A stretch of 64,000 nucleotides of DNA from Methanotrichaceae archaeon. GTDB lineage: Archaea > Halobacteriota > Methanosarcinia > Methanotrichales > Methanotrichaceae. The stretch spans positions 416,001-480,000 of the forward strand of contig CAWEXU010000030.1 of NCBI GenBank assembly GCA_963813075.1, given 5' to 3'. Of the stretch, positions 19,829 to 30,250 are shown piece by piece. Each line of letters begins with the position of its first letter. Position 1 is the stretch's first letter. The notes beneath the pieces are model-generated. The model had not been told where the DNA came from and did no database searches. It was given only the letters and a program-made list of their open reading frames with translations. A program made the position numbers and the translations under genes.

Positions 19829-20023
19829 CTAAACCTTTTCTACCTTATCAGCCTTGGGGCCTTTCTCACCCTCAATGACATCGAAGCTAACCTTGTCGCC
19901 CTCATCGATTGCGACACCGGGCTTCAAGCCAGTTACGTGAACGAAATAGTCCTTGCCATCGTCGCCAGCTATGAATCCAAAGCTCTTGACTCTATTGAAA
20001 AACTTTACTGTTCCAGTTACCAT
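19829..20023 (-). CDS. Cold-shock domain protein (CspA family)
   Basis: GTVKFFN..K.FGFI and DYFVH RNP motifs; GEKGPKA. Confidence 0.95.
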   Translation of the reverse strand: MVTGTVKFFNRVKSFGFIAGDDGKDYFVHVTGLKPGVAIDEGDKVSFDVIEGEKGPKADKVEKV

Positions 20024-20133
20024 TGTTTATTCCTCAATACGGTTAGAACTTTGGGATGATCTTCAACTACTTATAGTTGCTGGCAGCCCACCGCTCCGCG
20101 GGTCAAGAACAGCCATGTGAAGCTGCATCTACA

Positions 20134-20150
20134 GGAAAAGGTTTTATAGA
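20134..20150 (+). promoter_or_regulatory. Putative BRE/TATA promoter of the thermosome gene
   Basis: GGAAAAG-G-TTTTATAGA, followed by a GGAGG SD before the ATG at 20200. Confidence 0.55.
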
Positions 20151-20199
20151 AGAGCAAATACTGCTTAGTCGAGAATCATTTGCTGGAGGATTATTATAC

Positions 20200-21894
20200 A
20201 TGGCAGGAATGGGCGGATCACCAATTATCATTTTGAGAGATACCCGCAGAGAGTCGGGGACAGAAGCCATCTCGAATAACATCATGGCAGCACGCGCGGT
20301 GGCCAATGCCGTGCGCAGCTCCATGGGCCCCAAGGGCATGGACAAGCTGCTGGTGGACTCCATTGGTGACGTTACGATCACCAACGATGGGGTGACCATC
20401 CTCAAGGAGATGGATGTCCAGCATCCGGCTGCCAAGATGCTCATCGAGGCCGCCAAGACCCAGGATAAAGAGGTGGGAGACGGCACCACCACTGTGGCCG
20501 TGCTGGCGGGGGAGCTTCTCAAAAAGGCGGAGGTCCTCTTGGACCAGAAGGTCCACCCCACGATGATTGTCCAGGGCTACAGAATGGCGGCAGACAAAGC
20601 AGTCCAGATTGCGAAGTCCATCGCTTTCGATGCCCAGGAGTCCGATCGCCCTCTGCTGGAGAGGATCGCCAGGACTGCCATGACCGGCAAGCTAGCAGAC
20701 TCGCCTGACAGCAAGATGGCCGGGTACGCCGTTGATCTGGTCCTCAATGCCACTGAAGACTATGGGGGAAAAAGAGTCTTTGATATGGACCGGGTCAATG
20801 TGGAGAAGAAGGTGGGCGAGAGCAGCGCAGACTCGGAGATCATCGAGGGAGTGGTGATCGACAAGGAGATCGTCCACCAGAACATGCCCCGCAAGGTCAC
20901 AAATGCCCGGGTAGCTCTACTCTCCTGTCCAATAGAATCCAAGGACACTGAGACCAAGACTGAGGTGCAGATAACCTCTTCGGAACAGTTCCAGATGTTC
21001 ATGGATCACGAGAAGATGAGGGTGAAGGAGGCAGCGGACAAGGTTATTGCCAGCGGTGCCAATGTGGTCTTCTGCCAGAAAGGGATCGATGACCTGGCCC
21101 AGCATTACCTCGCCCGAGCAGGAGTTCTCGCCCTGAGGAGGGTGATCAAGAAGGACCTGGACAAGCTGGCCAAGTCCACAGGAGCTAACATCGTCACCAG
21201 CCTGGATGAGCTGAAACCCTCTGACCTGGGCTCTGCTGCTCTGGTGGAGGAGCGACGGGTGGGTAGCGGTATCATGACATTTATCACCGGCACCAAGAAC
21301 CGAGCTGCGACCCTCCTCCTTCGAGGTGGCACCCAGCAGGTCTTAAATGGCCTGGAAAGGGCTCTTGATGATGCACTGCATGCAGTGGCGGACGTGGTGG
21401 AGGACCGGAAGCTGGTGGTGGGCGGAGGAGCCCCAGAGATAGAGATCGCAATGCGCTTGCGGGAATATGCCGCCACCCTGAAGGGCAGGGAGCAGCTGGC
21501 AGTCGCCAGGTTCGCCGAAGCGATGGAGATCGTGCCCAAGACCCTGGCGGAGAACGCCGGGTTCGATGCCATAGATAAGATCGCCGAGCTGAAGAGCAGT
21601 CACTCCAGCAATAAGAACGTGGGACTGAATGCCTACAGCGGAGAGACGGTGGACATGTATGAGCTGGGCGTGGTCGAGCCCCTGCGAGTCAAGATCCAGG
21701 CCATCTTATCGGCCACCGACGCAGCCTGCCTGATCCTGCGCATCGACGACGTCCTGGCCTCCACCAAGAAGCCTCCTGCCCGGCCCGCCGGCCCAGGCGG
21801 CATGCCTCCTGGGATGGGTGGCATGGGAGGTATGGGTGGTATGGGCGGCATGCCCGGAATGGGAATGGGCGGAATGCCTCCTGGGATGTTCTGA
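20200..21894 (+). CDS. ths: Thermosome (group II chaperonin) subunit with GGM-repeat tail
   Basis: GPKGMDK, ITNDG.TIL and GDGTTT motifs; start chosen at the SD-preceded ATG 20200. Confidence 0.97.
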   Translation: MAGMGGSPIIILRDTRRESGTEAISNNIMAARAVANAVRSSMGPKGMDKLLVDSIGDVTITNDGVTILKEMDVQHPAAKMLIEAAKTQDKEVGDGTTTVAVLAGELLKKAEVLLDQKVHPTMIVQGYRMAADKAVQIAKSIAFDAQESDRPLLERIARTAMTGKLADSPDSKMAGYAVDLVLNATEDYGGKRVFDMDRVNVEKKVGESSADSEIIEGVVIDKEIVHQNMPRKVTNARVALLSCPIESKDTETKTEVQITSSEQFQMFMDHEKMRVKEAADKVIASGANVVFCQKGIDDLAQHYLARAGVLALRRVIKKDLDKLAKSTGANIVTSLDELKPSDLGSAALVEERRVGSGIMTFITGTKNRAATLLLRGGTQQVLNGLERALDDALHAVADVVEDRKLVVGGGAPEIEIAMRLREYAATLKGREQLAVARFAEAMEIVPKTLAENAGFDAIDKIAELKSSHSSNKNVGLNAYSGETVDMYELGVVEPLRVKIQAILSATDAACLILRIDDVLASTKKPPARPAGPGGMPPGMGGMGGMGGMGGMPGMGMGGMPPGMF

Positions 21895-22100
21895 ACATCC
21901 CAACACCATTTTTTATGGACCGGACGTACTTTTTTATTGGCCTGGACATACTCTTTTATTTTTGGTTATTCCTGATGCTGCTTTGGATAACGCATCAATT
22001 TACACCTGACGGAAATTAGGTAATGCAAATTCTTTATGCATATTGATAACGTTATCTATATATAACTTATAAAGAGATCCCTTTCTGAGGTCGAGCAGCA

Positions 22101-22886
22101 ATGGAAGGATATTGGATCTGGCTGGCTTTCCTGGCCTTAGCGCTGATATCACTGAGCATCATCCAGCTGGAAGCTGGTCGGAATAAAAGGCTTCTAGCAG
22201 GCCATCGCCAGATGCAAATGGATGTGCAAAAGCTGCAGGGCCAGCTCAGGGAAAAGGAGATGAAGCTGGACCAGCTCCAGCGGGGGTACGGGCAGTTGCT
22301 CAAACTTAAGGGCCGCAGCCTGGATCTGGAAGAGGAGCTAAAGAAAGCGAAGAGATCATCTGAGTACGAATCAATGGAGAGGCTGCAGTACCTGGAGAGC
22401 TACCTTGCCCGCCAGGACCAGGATCCATCTGCCGTCTTCCTGGGCACCTTTCCCCCTCTTCGCCTCCACTCCATTGAAGACCGGCTCAGCCGGATGCTGG
22501 AGACGGCCAGGTTTGAGGTGGTGGTCGTATCCCCCTGGATAAAGAGGCCGACCTGGAATCGGATTTCCGCTCCATTGCAGAAGTTCTTCCGCCGGGGTGG
22601 GAGGCTGGTGGTGTTCATGAGAGGGCGGGAATCGGACTACCGCTCGGGAATGAGCGATGATATCCAGGATGAGGTCAGGAGGCTGGGTGGAGAGATCCTG
22701 TTCGTACATTCCCTGCATGCCAAGATCTATATGATCGACAGAAAGGAGGCGATAGTCACCTCTGCCAATCTCTCTCAGGGAGGGATAGACGATAACTACG
22801 AGGCAGGAGTGTGGCTGAACGACCCCCATGTCATCCGCGATATCTGTGCTTATGTCGATGGCCTGTACAGGTGCCGCCAGAATTGA
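22101..22886 (+). CDS. Membrane-anchored coiled-coil protein with a single-HKD phospholipase D/nuclease domain
   Basis: N-terminal TM, heptad region, then LHAKIYMID...TSANLS..G...NYEAG. Confidence 0.85.
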   Translation: MEGYWIWLAFLALALISLSIIQLEAGRNKRLLAGHRQMQMDVQKLQGQLREKEMKLDQLQRGYGQLLKLKGRSLDLEEELKKAKRSSEYESMERLQYLESYLARQDQDPSAVFLGTFPPLRLHSIEDRLSRMLETARFEVVVVSPWIKRPTWNRISAPLQKFFRRGGRLVVFMRGRESDYRSGMSDDIQDEVRRLGGEILFVHSLHAKIYMIDRKEAIVTSANLSQGGIDDNYEAGVWLNDPHVIRDICAYVDGLYRCRQN

Positions 22887-22957
22887 AGAGAGGAAAGGAT
22901 CTTCTATTCCATCTGTTAAAACCTGCTCTGAATTCAGGCGATTTGGAGGGCTGAGCC

Positions 22958-23521
22958 ATTTGTCAAGGATATAGATCTGGTGAGGTTTATTCTCCGGACG
23001 AGGATACATTTCTTCTCCTCGAGGCGGCTATGAAAGAGGCCCGCCCAGAGGATCATGTGCTCGAGGTCGGATGCGGCTCGGGCCTGATTTCTCTGGAGTT
23101 GGCCGGGCAGGTGGAGAGGCTCGTCGCCCTGGACATAAATCCTCATGCCGTCAGGGCGACCAGGGAGAGGGGGGTGGAGGTGGTGAGGTCTGACCTCTTC
23201 GGAGGGATAAAAGGGCGGTTCGATCTGATCTTATTCAATCCCCCTTATCTTCCCACCCAAAAAAGTGAGCGAAGCGATCAATGGATCAACTATGCCCTGG
23301 ACGGGGGAGAGAGTGGCCGGGAGACCATAGGCCGGTTCTTGGCTCATCTGGCGGACCATCTCCGGCCGGGGGGAAGAGCCCTGCTTCTCATATCCAGCCT
23401 GACCGGACCGGAGGAGGTGGAGGAGATGGCAGAGGCTGCCGGGCTGGCCTCAGAGAGGGTGGCCAGCAAAGGATGCTTTTTTGAACGGCTCATGGTGCTG
23501 AGAATCACAGTCCGTAATTGA
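22958..23521 (+). CDS. HemK2/PrmC-like N5-glutamine methyltransferase; start upstream of the ORF-track ATG
   Basis: VYSPDEDTFLL upstream of 23030 in the same frame; VLEVGCGSG, FNPPYLP and ALDGG motifs. Confidence 0.88.
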   Translation: MCQGYRSGEVYSPDEDTFLLLEAAMKEARPEDHVLEVGCGSGLISLELAGQVERLVALDINPHAVRATRERGVEVVRSDLFGGIKGRFDLILFNPPYLPTQKSERSDQWINYALDGGESGRETIGRFLAHLADHLRPGGRALLLISSLTGPEEVEEMAEAAGLASERVASKGCFFERLMVLRITVRN

Positions 23522-23567
23522 GTCCCCTCGGGTCAGGGTGATTCATGGATCTAATCTTATCAATATC

Positions 23568-24506
23568 TCAATCCGAGATGCTTGTGGTTCCATCGCCTTT
23601 CTCCTCCAGCAGATCGATCAGCTTTTCCAGCACCTCAAATACCCCTTCACCGGTCTCGGTGGACATCTCGGGCAGGTCAATGTATCTTTTGATGTCCGTT
23701 TTATTGGCCACGATCAGCATGGGCAACTGGATCCAATTCTTCAGGTCTTCTGCTAAGCTAAGCTGTGAATCCAGAGGATAGCCGCAATGCTCGCTTGGGT
23801 CCAGAATGTATAGAACTACCCCCTGCAAATGGCTGAGGGCGGCCACGGTCTGCCTCTCGATCTCATTTCTCTCCGCCATTGGCCGGTCGAGCAATCCGGG
23901 AGTATCCATCACCTGATACTTCCTGTCGTCCCGAACAAAGTGGCCCACAATTATCCCTTTAGTGGTAAATGGATAGCTTGCCACCTCGGGTTTGGCTCCA
24001 GTGATGCGGATGATGAAGCTTGATTTGCCCACATTGGGATAGCCGGCGATGAGAATGACTGGCATTAGGGGGTCAATTGTCGGGATCTTGCGAAGCAGAT
24101 TTCTGGCTTTGTTCAGGAAGAGCATGTCCTTCTCAATCGATCTCATCACTGAAGAGAGGCGGCCAAAAGCCGCCTTTCGGAGGGGGGTGCTGTCCGTCCC
24201 TCGGGTTCTCTTGATCTTGCCCACATACTCTCTTGTTATTATTCGTGTCTGTCTGGAGGCCCAGCGCAGGCGAGACAGGCTGATTCTGATCTTGTCTACG
24301 CCCACTGTTATCTCCACCATCTCTCTGTAAAAAGGAGGAAGATTGTCAAAGGAGGGGAACTTACGGATTAAATTGGCGAGATTGTCTGAGAGGATATTGC
24401 CTGCATTCATGACCATGGACTCATTGTCGGCAGCGCGGGAGGCGCGCCTGAATGATTTATCTAGAAGTTCCTGCGATGTGGGGATAGTTGGAAGACGCTC
24501 AAACAT
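23568..24506 (-). CDS. NOG1-family GTPase
   Basis: AGYPNVGKSS, YPFTTK, DTPGLLDRP..ERN.IE and NKTD motifs. Confidence 0.95.
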   Translation of the reverse strand: MFERLPTIPTSQELLDKSFRRASRAADNESMVMNAGNILSDNLANLIRKFPSFDNLPPFYREMVEITVGVDKIRISLSRLRWASRQTRIITREYVGKIKRTRGTDSTPLRKAAFGRLSSVMRSIEKDMLFLNKARNLLRKIPTIDPLMPVILIAGYPNVGKSSFIIRITGAKPEVASYPFTTKGIIVGHFVRDDRKYQVMDTPGLLDRPMAERNEIERQTVAALSHLQGVVLYILDPSEHCGYPLDSQLSLAEDLKNWIQLPMLIVANKTDIKRYIDLPEMSTETGEGVFEVLEKLIDLLEEKGDGTTSISD

Positions 24507-24660
24507 CGATAGAACTTGCCGGCATTAACAGATAAAGCTTCGGTCCGGCTTCTGCCTCCTTGGGGCCATGTGTGGCCTGGGCGACGGCATTTCTCATTTA
24601 ATAAATGGTTTTCGGAAGGCTTTTATAGTACTTCTTTATCTATATAGATGAGGTGACCTT

Positions 24661-24945
24661 TTGAAGAGACTAGGCACCGCGCTTCATGTCGTGCAAAATA
24701 AGTTGATAGTCCTGAGCGAAGAGATCGTTGGAAGCGAGACCGATATTCCCAGGGGAAACTCCTGGGTGGTGGATCAGAAGAGGACCCGAGTCGGAAAGGT
24801 TTTCGATATATTCGGTCCAGTTGATCGTCCATACATAATCGTTCGGCCAAATAGAGGAATAGATGCCGCTGCCCACATCGGAAAGAAGCTCTATATCGAT
24901 GAGGCGCCGGGGAGAGATAGCAAGTGGAAGAAATTGAAAAGCTGA
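24661..24945 (+). CDS. gar1: H/ACA RNP protein Gar1/Naf1 family
   Basis: [15 protein letters not shown] motif; conserved position upstream of tfb. Confidence 0.9.
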   Translation: MKRLGTALHVVQNKLIVLSEEIVGSETDIPRGNSWVVDQKRTRVGKVFDIFGPVDRPYIIVRPNRGIDAAAHIGKKLYIDEAPGRDSKWKKLKS

Positions 24946-25937
24946 GAGAGATAGAGAGGGCGGAACCGGAGAAGCTCAAGGAGCGTACCCGGCTCAAACG
25001 CGAGAAGGAGAAGGTAGACGAGTTTGAGAAGTTTACCGTCGAGTGTCCAGAGTGCAAGAGCCACACCCTGGTGCGCGACTATGAACGGGCAGAACTGGTT
25101 TGCTCCGACTGCGGCCTGGTGATCGATGAGAACTTCATAGATCAGGGGCCGGAATGGAGAGCCTTCGACCACGATCAACGCATGAAGAGGTCGAGGGTTG
25201 GAGCGCCCATGACGTATACCATCCACGACAAGGGACTCTCCACCATGATCGATTGGAGGAACAGGGACTCATATGGCAAGACCATATCCTCCAAGAACAG
25301 GGCTCAGCTCTACCGCTTGAGAAAATGGCAGAGGCGCATCCGGGTCAGCAATGCCACAGAGCGAAACCTGGCATTCGCCCTGTCCGAGCTGGACCGGATG
25401 GCATCAGCCTTGGGTCTGTCCAGGAATGTGCGGGAGACGGCAGCCGTCGTCTACCGCAAGGCAGTGGATAAGAACCTGATCCGGGGGCGGAGCATTGAGG
25501 GCGTGGCCGCAGCAGCGCTCTATGCCGCCTGCCGGCAGTGCAATGTGCCCCGTACTCTGGATGAGATCGCAGAGGTATCCAGGGTATCGAGAAAAGAGAT
25601 CGGCAGGACCTACCGCTTCGTATCCCGGGAGCTGGCCTTAAAGCTCATGCCCACCAGCCCCATCGACTACATTCCCCGCTTCTGCTCCGGCCTGAATCTG
25701 AAGGGCGAGGTGCAGGCCAAGGGAATTGAGATCCTCCGCCAGGCCGCGGAAAAGGAGCTCACCAGCGGGCGCGGGCCCACGGGGGTGGCAGCAGCGGCGA
25801 TCTACATCGCCTCCATCCTCTGCGGGGACCGGCGCACCCAGCGCGAGGTGGCAGATGTGGCGGGAGTGACAGAGGTCACCATCAGGAACCGCTACAAAGA
25901 GCTGGCAGAAGAGCTGGATATAGAGATAATCCTTTGA
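24924..25937 (+). CDS. tfb: Transcription initiation factor IIB
   Basis: Zn ribbon CPEC..CSDCG, ID.GPEWRAF and two cyclin folds. Confidence 0.98.
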   Translation: MEEIEKLREIERAEPEKLKERTRLKREKEKVDEFEKFTVECPECKSHTLVRDYERAELVCSDCGLVIDENFIDQGPEWRAFDHDQRMKRSRVGAPMTYTIHDKGLSTMIDWRNRDSYGKTISSKNRAQLYRLRKWQRRIRVSNATERNLAFALSELDRMASALGLSRNVRETAAVVYRKAVDKNLIRGRSIEGVAAAALYAACRQCNVPRTLDEIAEVSRVSRKEIGRTYRFVSRELALKLMPTSPIDYIPRFCSGLNLKGEVQAKGIEILRQAAEKELTSGRGPTGVAAAAIYIASILCGDRRTQREVADVAGVTEVTIRNRYKELAEELDIEIIL

Positions 25938-25980
25938 AGGGATATCTCTAGCATCTTTTTTTCAGGCAATTGCCCTAGAA

Positions 25981-26700
25981 TCAGATTCCTGTTTTAGCCT
26001 TTATCTGCGAGACGTCTTCTTCTATCTTTGCCAGCCTCTCGGATAGATCATCTCTATAATCAGAACGTATATCATCAATGCTGGCAGCTGTTTCCTCTTT
26101 GGCGGAGTCTATTTTTTCTGCTAGCAGATCTCCTGATGATTTGACCTGATCTCTCACCCCAACGATCTCCGCTTTCAGGTCGTCTCTTGTGACCCTTATC
26201 TCGTCCTTTAATTCCACGCGGGTGGCTTTGACCTCGTCACGCGTAGCTTTCACCTCATCGCGAGTGGCCCTTATCTCTTCTTTGAGTTCTTCGCGAGTGG
26301 CTCGTATCTCATCTTTCAGTTCCACTCGGGTGGCTTTTATCTCCTTAAGCACATCCTTGTTTACGGAGATCAGCTCCTTTAGCAATTCCGCTGCTTGATC
26401 GATCCTCTGATCGGTTTCTCCACTACCCGAGACCACCTTAAAAAATCCCTGGAATTCGTTGGTTGCGGCTGAATACTCCTTCTGGATATCTGCCACCTGA
26501 ATCAGAGTATTCTTGATGTCTATGGCGGCAAGAAGGCTCCCCAGGTCGTAGTCTTGCCCTTCTGCCACCACCTTGACCCGGCCGTCATCGAGGTTCTGGA
26601 CGTAGCCGGTCAGTCCAAAGTCCCTGGCAATGGAAACCACCCTGGCCCGGTAGCCGGTCTTCTGGACCTTGCCGGAGATATAAGCGGTCAGCCTGCGCAT
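25981..26700 (-). CDS. Acylphosphatase fused to a long repeat-rich coiled coil
   Basis: GKVQ..GYR and GYVQNLDDGRV motifs; C-terminal ELKDEIRATR-type 7/11-aa repeats. Confidence 0.88.
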   Translation of the reverse strand: MRRLTAYISGKVQKTGYRARVVSIARDFGLTGYVQNLDDGRVKVVAEGQDYDLGSLLAAIDIKNTLIQVADIQKEYSAATNEFQGFFKVVSGSGETDQRIDQAAELLKELISVNKDVLKEIKATRVELKDEIRATREELKEEIRATRDEVKATRDEVKATRVELKDEIRVTRDDLKAEIVGVRDQVKSSGDLLAEKIDSAKEETAASIDDIRSDYRDDLSERLAKIEEDVSQIKAKTGI

Positions 26701-27083
26701 TACAGTTAATTGTCGACTCTTTTTATTTAAGCCTATGACCTGAGACGGTAATTTAACTGGAGGATTGATCGGAGGTTGAAGGGTAGGCTATGAGTCTCTC
26801 AGGAGCGAGTCTTATTCAGCCGTGGCTTGGAATCAAGTAAGAAGGAGGGAGGCAAAAGTCAGTGATGTAGGAGGGAAAAGATGTCGACCTTTGCCAATTA
26901 CTATATACGGCAATCGCCGATATAAAAAGATTCCGCTTGGGGGCAATCGGGGAATTGGTCCGGATGATGAATTCAAGCAGCTTCTGGCCACATGCCCCGC
27001 TCTGTGCGCAGGTTAAATGCAAAAAGATCGGGACTAGCAGATCTCCAGACGGGTTGGCTGATGAGAACGCCCCCTGATAAAGA

Positions 27084-27266
27084 CTATTTGCCCGCGGCCT
27101 CTTGCAGCAGCAATTGTGCATCCCCATGCATGCTCGCGAGCTTTCTGGTGATGGGATGATGCGGGCCGTATTCCTGCTCCGCCAGCCCTTTAATCCGCCA
27201 GATGTCGGAGAGGAGCCTGCCGATCTCCTTTTGAACGTACCTGCGGTTTTGCTCGGTCATGGTCAA
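27084..27266 (-). CDS. Small helical hypothetical protein
   Basis: 60-aa ORF with protein-like composition. Confidence 0.5.
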   Translation of the reverse strand: MTMTEQNRRYVQKEIGRLLSDIWRIKGLAEQEYGPHHPITRKLASMHGDAQLLLQEAAGK

Positions 27267-27337
27267 AACATCTCGGGCCCTTGAAGCCTCTCTTTCATTT
27301 TACCCTTTTCGCCGTACTTCTTAAAGGCTGGGACTCC

Positions 27338-28590
27338 TTATGCCGCTCTCACTATTGTCCCGCCGATGGAGATGAATAGTAGTATGGAAAAAAGGCCTCC
27401 AAGCAGCCTCTCCAGGATGAAAGCCCATTTTATCCCGAATCCGGATCTTCCCTCGATTCTGGGCAGGGCAGGGGGAGCGATAAAGAGCTTCGTGCCTGAT
27501 AGGAAGACGGTGACGCTGAAGCCCAGAATGTCTATGATATCGCCGTCAACCCATTCCTCGCCCACCGGCAGGACGGCTGGGGTCATATCATTTGGACCGC
27601 CCAGCCCCTGTTCCCACCAGAATAAGGTAAATACGAGAATGATGGCGATGGAGAAGAGAAAGGCATTGAAGGGCTTTGTGCCATATCCATAAAACCATTC
27701 CAGGGGATAGTCTATGAGCTTTCTGAACCACTCTTCTCCATCGTTTACCGCCGGCCATGGCCTGGCTCTGTGCTCCTTTCTATACTGGAAGTAGCAGCTG
27801 TCATAATCCTCGAAATAGCCCAGAGCTTTGAAATTTTTCATTAAAGAAATATAGGCAGTATCGTCATAGACAAGGTGCCCATCAATATTATACCATCTGG
27901 TATATAATTCATCATATCTGGTCTTTGTGAGCGAGAGCATGCCCAGAAAGGTGGTGTTCTCAAAGAGGAGGTCTCCCTTGAACTGACTGCCATTGAAACT
28001 GGCATTTGCATTGAACAGCGCATCATTGAAGTAGGCCTCTTTTTCAAATGTATTGTGAATGAAGTCGGCATCAGCGTTGAATTTCGAGCCCCAAAAGTAG
28101 GTATATCCATAAAATTCCAGGAACCTGAAGCTGGCTGGGCCGTTGAACTGCGAGAATATGAAGTCGGCATTGTCCATAAATTCTGAGTCTCCGAAGTAGG
28201 CATAGCCATTGAATTTTGAACTCATGAAGTGGGCACTACCGTTGAATTTCATGTATGTGAAATAGGCGTCTTTATTGAATTTCGCATCCTTAAACTGGGC
28301 GTCTCCATTGAATTCCGAGTGCTTGAAGTGGACATCCCTGTTAAATATGGTTCTGTCAAAATTCGCTTTATTTTGAAAAACAACGTGGTAAAAATGGACT
28401 GGGAAATCAATTGCCATTCCGCTGAGGTTCAATTCACCCACAATTGTGCAGTTTGCATACTCCGCTGGCTGGCCATCTTTGATATTTTCCAGGACATCTC
28501 CTGCCGGAATGACTCTTCATCTGACACGCCTGCAGATAATCCGATTATGAAAAAGAGAGCGGTCAGGACCAAACCAGGGATTCGACTCAG
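27338..28590 (-). CDS. Pentapeptide-repeat membrane protein with C-terminal 2TM/pore-loop-like module; frameshift near 28512; probable CTG start
   Basis: F..A.F repeats, YGYGTKP, TM helices; signal peptide lies in a shifted frame upstream of 28441. Confidence 0.8.
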
Positions 28591-28734
28591 AAGCTTTTGC
28601 CTCCTGTGGATATATAGGTGGTTTAGCTAAATAAATTTTGCCTGTGGGAGGACGCTGCTTGAGGGGTGCGTCTTAGGAACGCTATCTATTGAGATAAAAA
28701 GGGCTTGATTAATTGAGACTAAAAAAGTGAGGCT

Positions 28735-29175
28735 TCAGGCCTCTTTCTCCTCCTCCGGATACCAGGATACAATGTCACCCTCGGGGTCCTTCAGCACTGC
28801 CAGGTCCCCGCCGTTGTTCCAGATGGATGTGCTCCGGTTCCAGAAGAGGTTCTCTGCGCTGTCATCCCCCTCGCCCGTCCGCACGACCACCTTGGCCCCT
28901 GCGGCGAGGACGAAGTCGGAGAAGGTGTAGGTGTGATTCTGGGCATCGGTCAGCGTCCAGCCGGCCATATTCACGTCCGAGGTGCCTTTGTTGGTGATCT
29001 CCACCCATTCGTCATCCAGGTTCTCCTTCTCCGGGCTTGTGGCCACGAAGTTGGCGGCGGTTATGGCGATCGGAGTCTCTGTTGTGCTGGCGTTCTCTTC
29101 TTGGGCAAGCGCTGTGCCGAGGAACATGATGGCAAGCAAGATGCCGAGCATACCTGTAAATATTTTGTTATTCAT
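28735..29175 (-). CDS. Secreted lamin-tail-domain protein
   Basis: DEWVEITN...MAGWTLTD...YTF...WNN.GD...L.D..G motif; signal peptide. Confidence 0.9.
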   Translation of the reverse strand: MNNKIFTGMLGILLAIMFLGTALAQEENASTTETPIAITAANFVATSPEKENLDDEWVEITNKGTSDVNMAGWTLTDAQNHTYTFSDFVLAAGAKVVVRTGEGDDSAENLFWNRSTSIWNNGGDLAVLKDPEGDIVSWYPEEEKEA

Positions 29176-29414
29176 CGATTCACCTTTTAATTATTTTTTG
29201 ATTTTAGCAAGAGCCAGATCCATTCAATGTTATATAAATTTTTCTACAGTATTATTAACTGTCCCGCAGGACACCATTGCGGGTGCTCCTGAGTTCGCTT
29301 GCAATGAGGCACACTTGCGATTTCTATCGATCTTTTTGTACCTCCTCCCCTCCGCAATTGCAAAGTATTTATACGAGCCCATAAACACATTAAAGAAAAT
29401 TATGGAGATCAATC

Positions 29415-30086
29415 ATGAAGCTCCCATCAATCTGCATTCTCCTGTTCGCGGCCCTGCTCTTCGGCATCGCCCCGTCCAGCTCGCAGCTGTATTTCACCGT
29501 CTCCGTGCCCGATGGCTGGGATATCACCGGGCTGGGCTGCAATGGCATAACCGCCGTGGACTCCTCCAACCCCGCCCGGGGGATATTGGCCCTGAACCAC
29601 CTGCACCAGGGCTTCGACATCCTGCCCTCGTATACCACGCCCGAGACCTATGTGGAATATTATATGCCGCAGGACTTCAGCCTGGGCGAGACCAGGGTTT
29701 CGGAGATGAAGATCATCGAATATGAGGCCGATCAGCAGCTGTCAAACGCCTACGTCTCCTGGGCCGGCCCCACAAGCTCCGCCAAATCGATGCGCTGCTC
29801 ATTCCTGGTCAACGGCATCCCGGCGGAGGGCTCAATTATGGTGGCGACAAGAGAGCTATTCGGCTATGGAACCACAATCGACCTTCTCTATGGCATCTTC
29901 GCCCCGGCGGAAGAGTTCGAGGAGGAGGCGCCAGTGCTCCTGGAGAGCATCGATTCCATCCGGCTGATACGGGATTACTTCTGCGTCTGCTTTGACTGTC
30001 CTGCATACGATTGTGAATACCAATGCAGCAACGGATGCTGCAATGATCCATGCGACGAGAATGATCGCTGCCCGGAGCTGGAGTAA
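29415..30086 (+). CDS. Secreted protein with Cys-rich C-terminal tail
   Basis: Signal peptide; VSVPDGW...ESIDSIRL domain; tail CVCFDCPAYDCEYQCSNGCCNDPCDENDRC. Confidence 0.7.
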   Translation: MKLPSICILLFAALLFGIAPSSSQLYFTVSVPDGWDITGLGCNGITAVDSSNPARGILALNHLHQGFDILPSYTTPETYVEYYMPQDFSLGETRVSEMKIIEYEADQQLSNAYVSWAGPTSSAKSMRCSFLVNGIPAEGSIMVATRELFGYGTTIDLLYGIFAPAEEFEEEAPVLLESIDSIRLIRDYFCVCFDCPAYDCEYQCSNGCCNDPCDENDRCPELE

Positions 30087-30250
30087 AGCCGTGGGAATTG
30101 CGAAATCCCCGAGTCTGTTATGGCTCGCAAGGCTCAATTGAGGCCACACGCAATCTCAACTTTCAATTTTTTGTAAATTTAATTAAGTTCAGAAGTTTTT
30201 CGGGTGTATCAGAAGGAATCTTCTTATACTAATTGATACTGTTATAATAT

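Noticed and set aside
20077..20199. 41-aa N-terminal extension of the thermosome
   Set aside because: The TATA box and SD lie inside it and point to ATG 20200.
21810..21890. GGM repeats at the thermosome C-terminus
   Set aside because: Well-known chaperonin tail, not novel.
26701..27083. Short ORFs between the acylphosphatase and 27084
   Set aside because: No recognisable motifs; conflicting overlapping frames.
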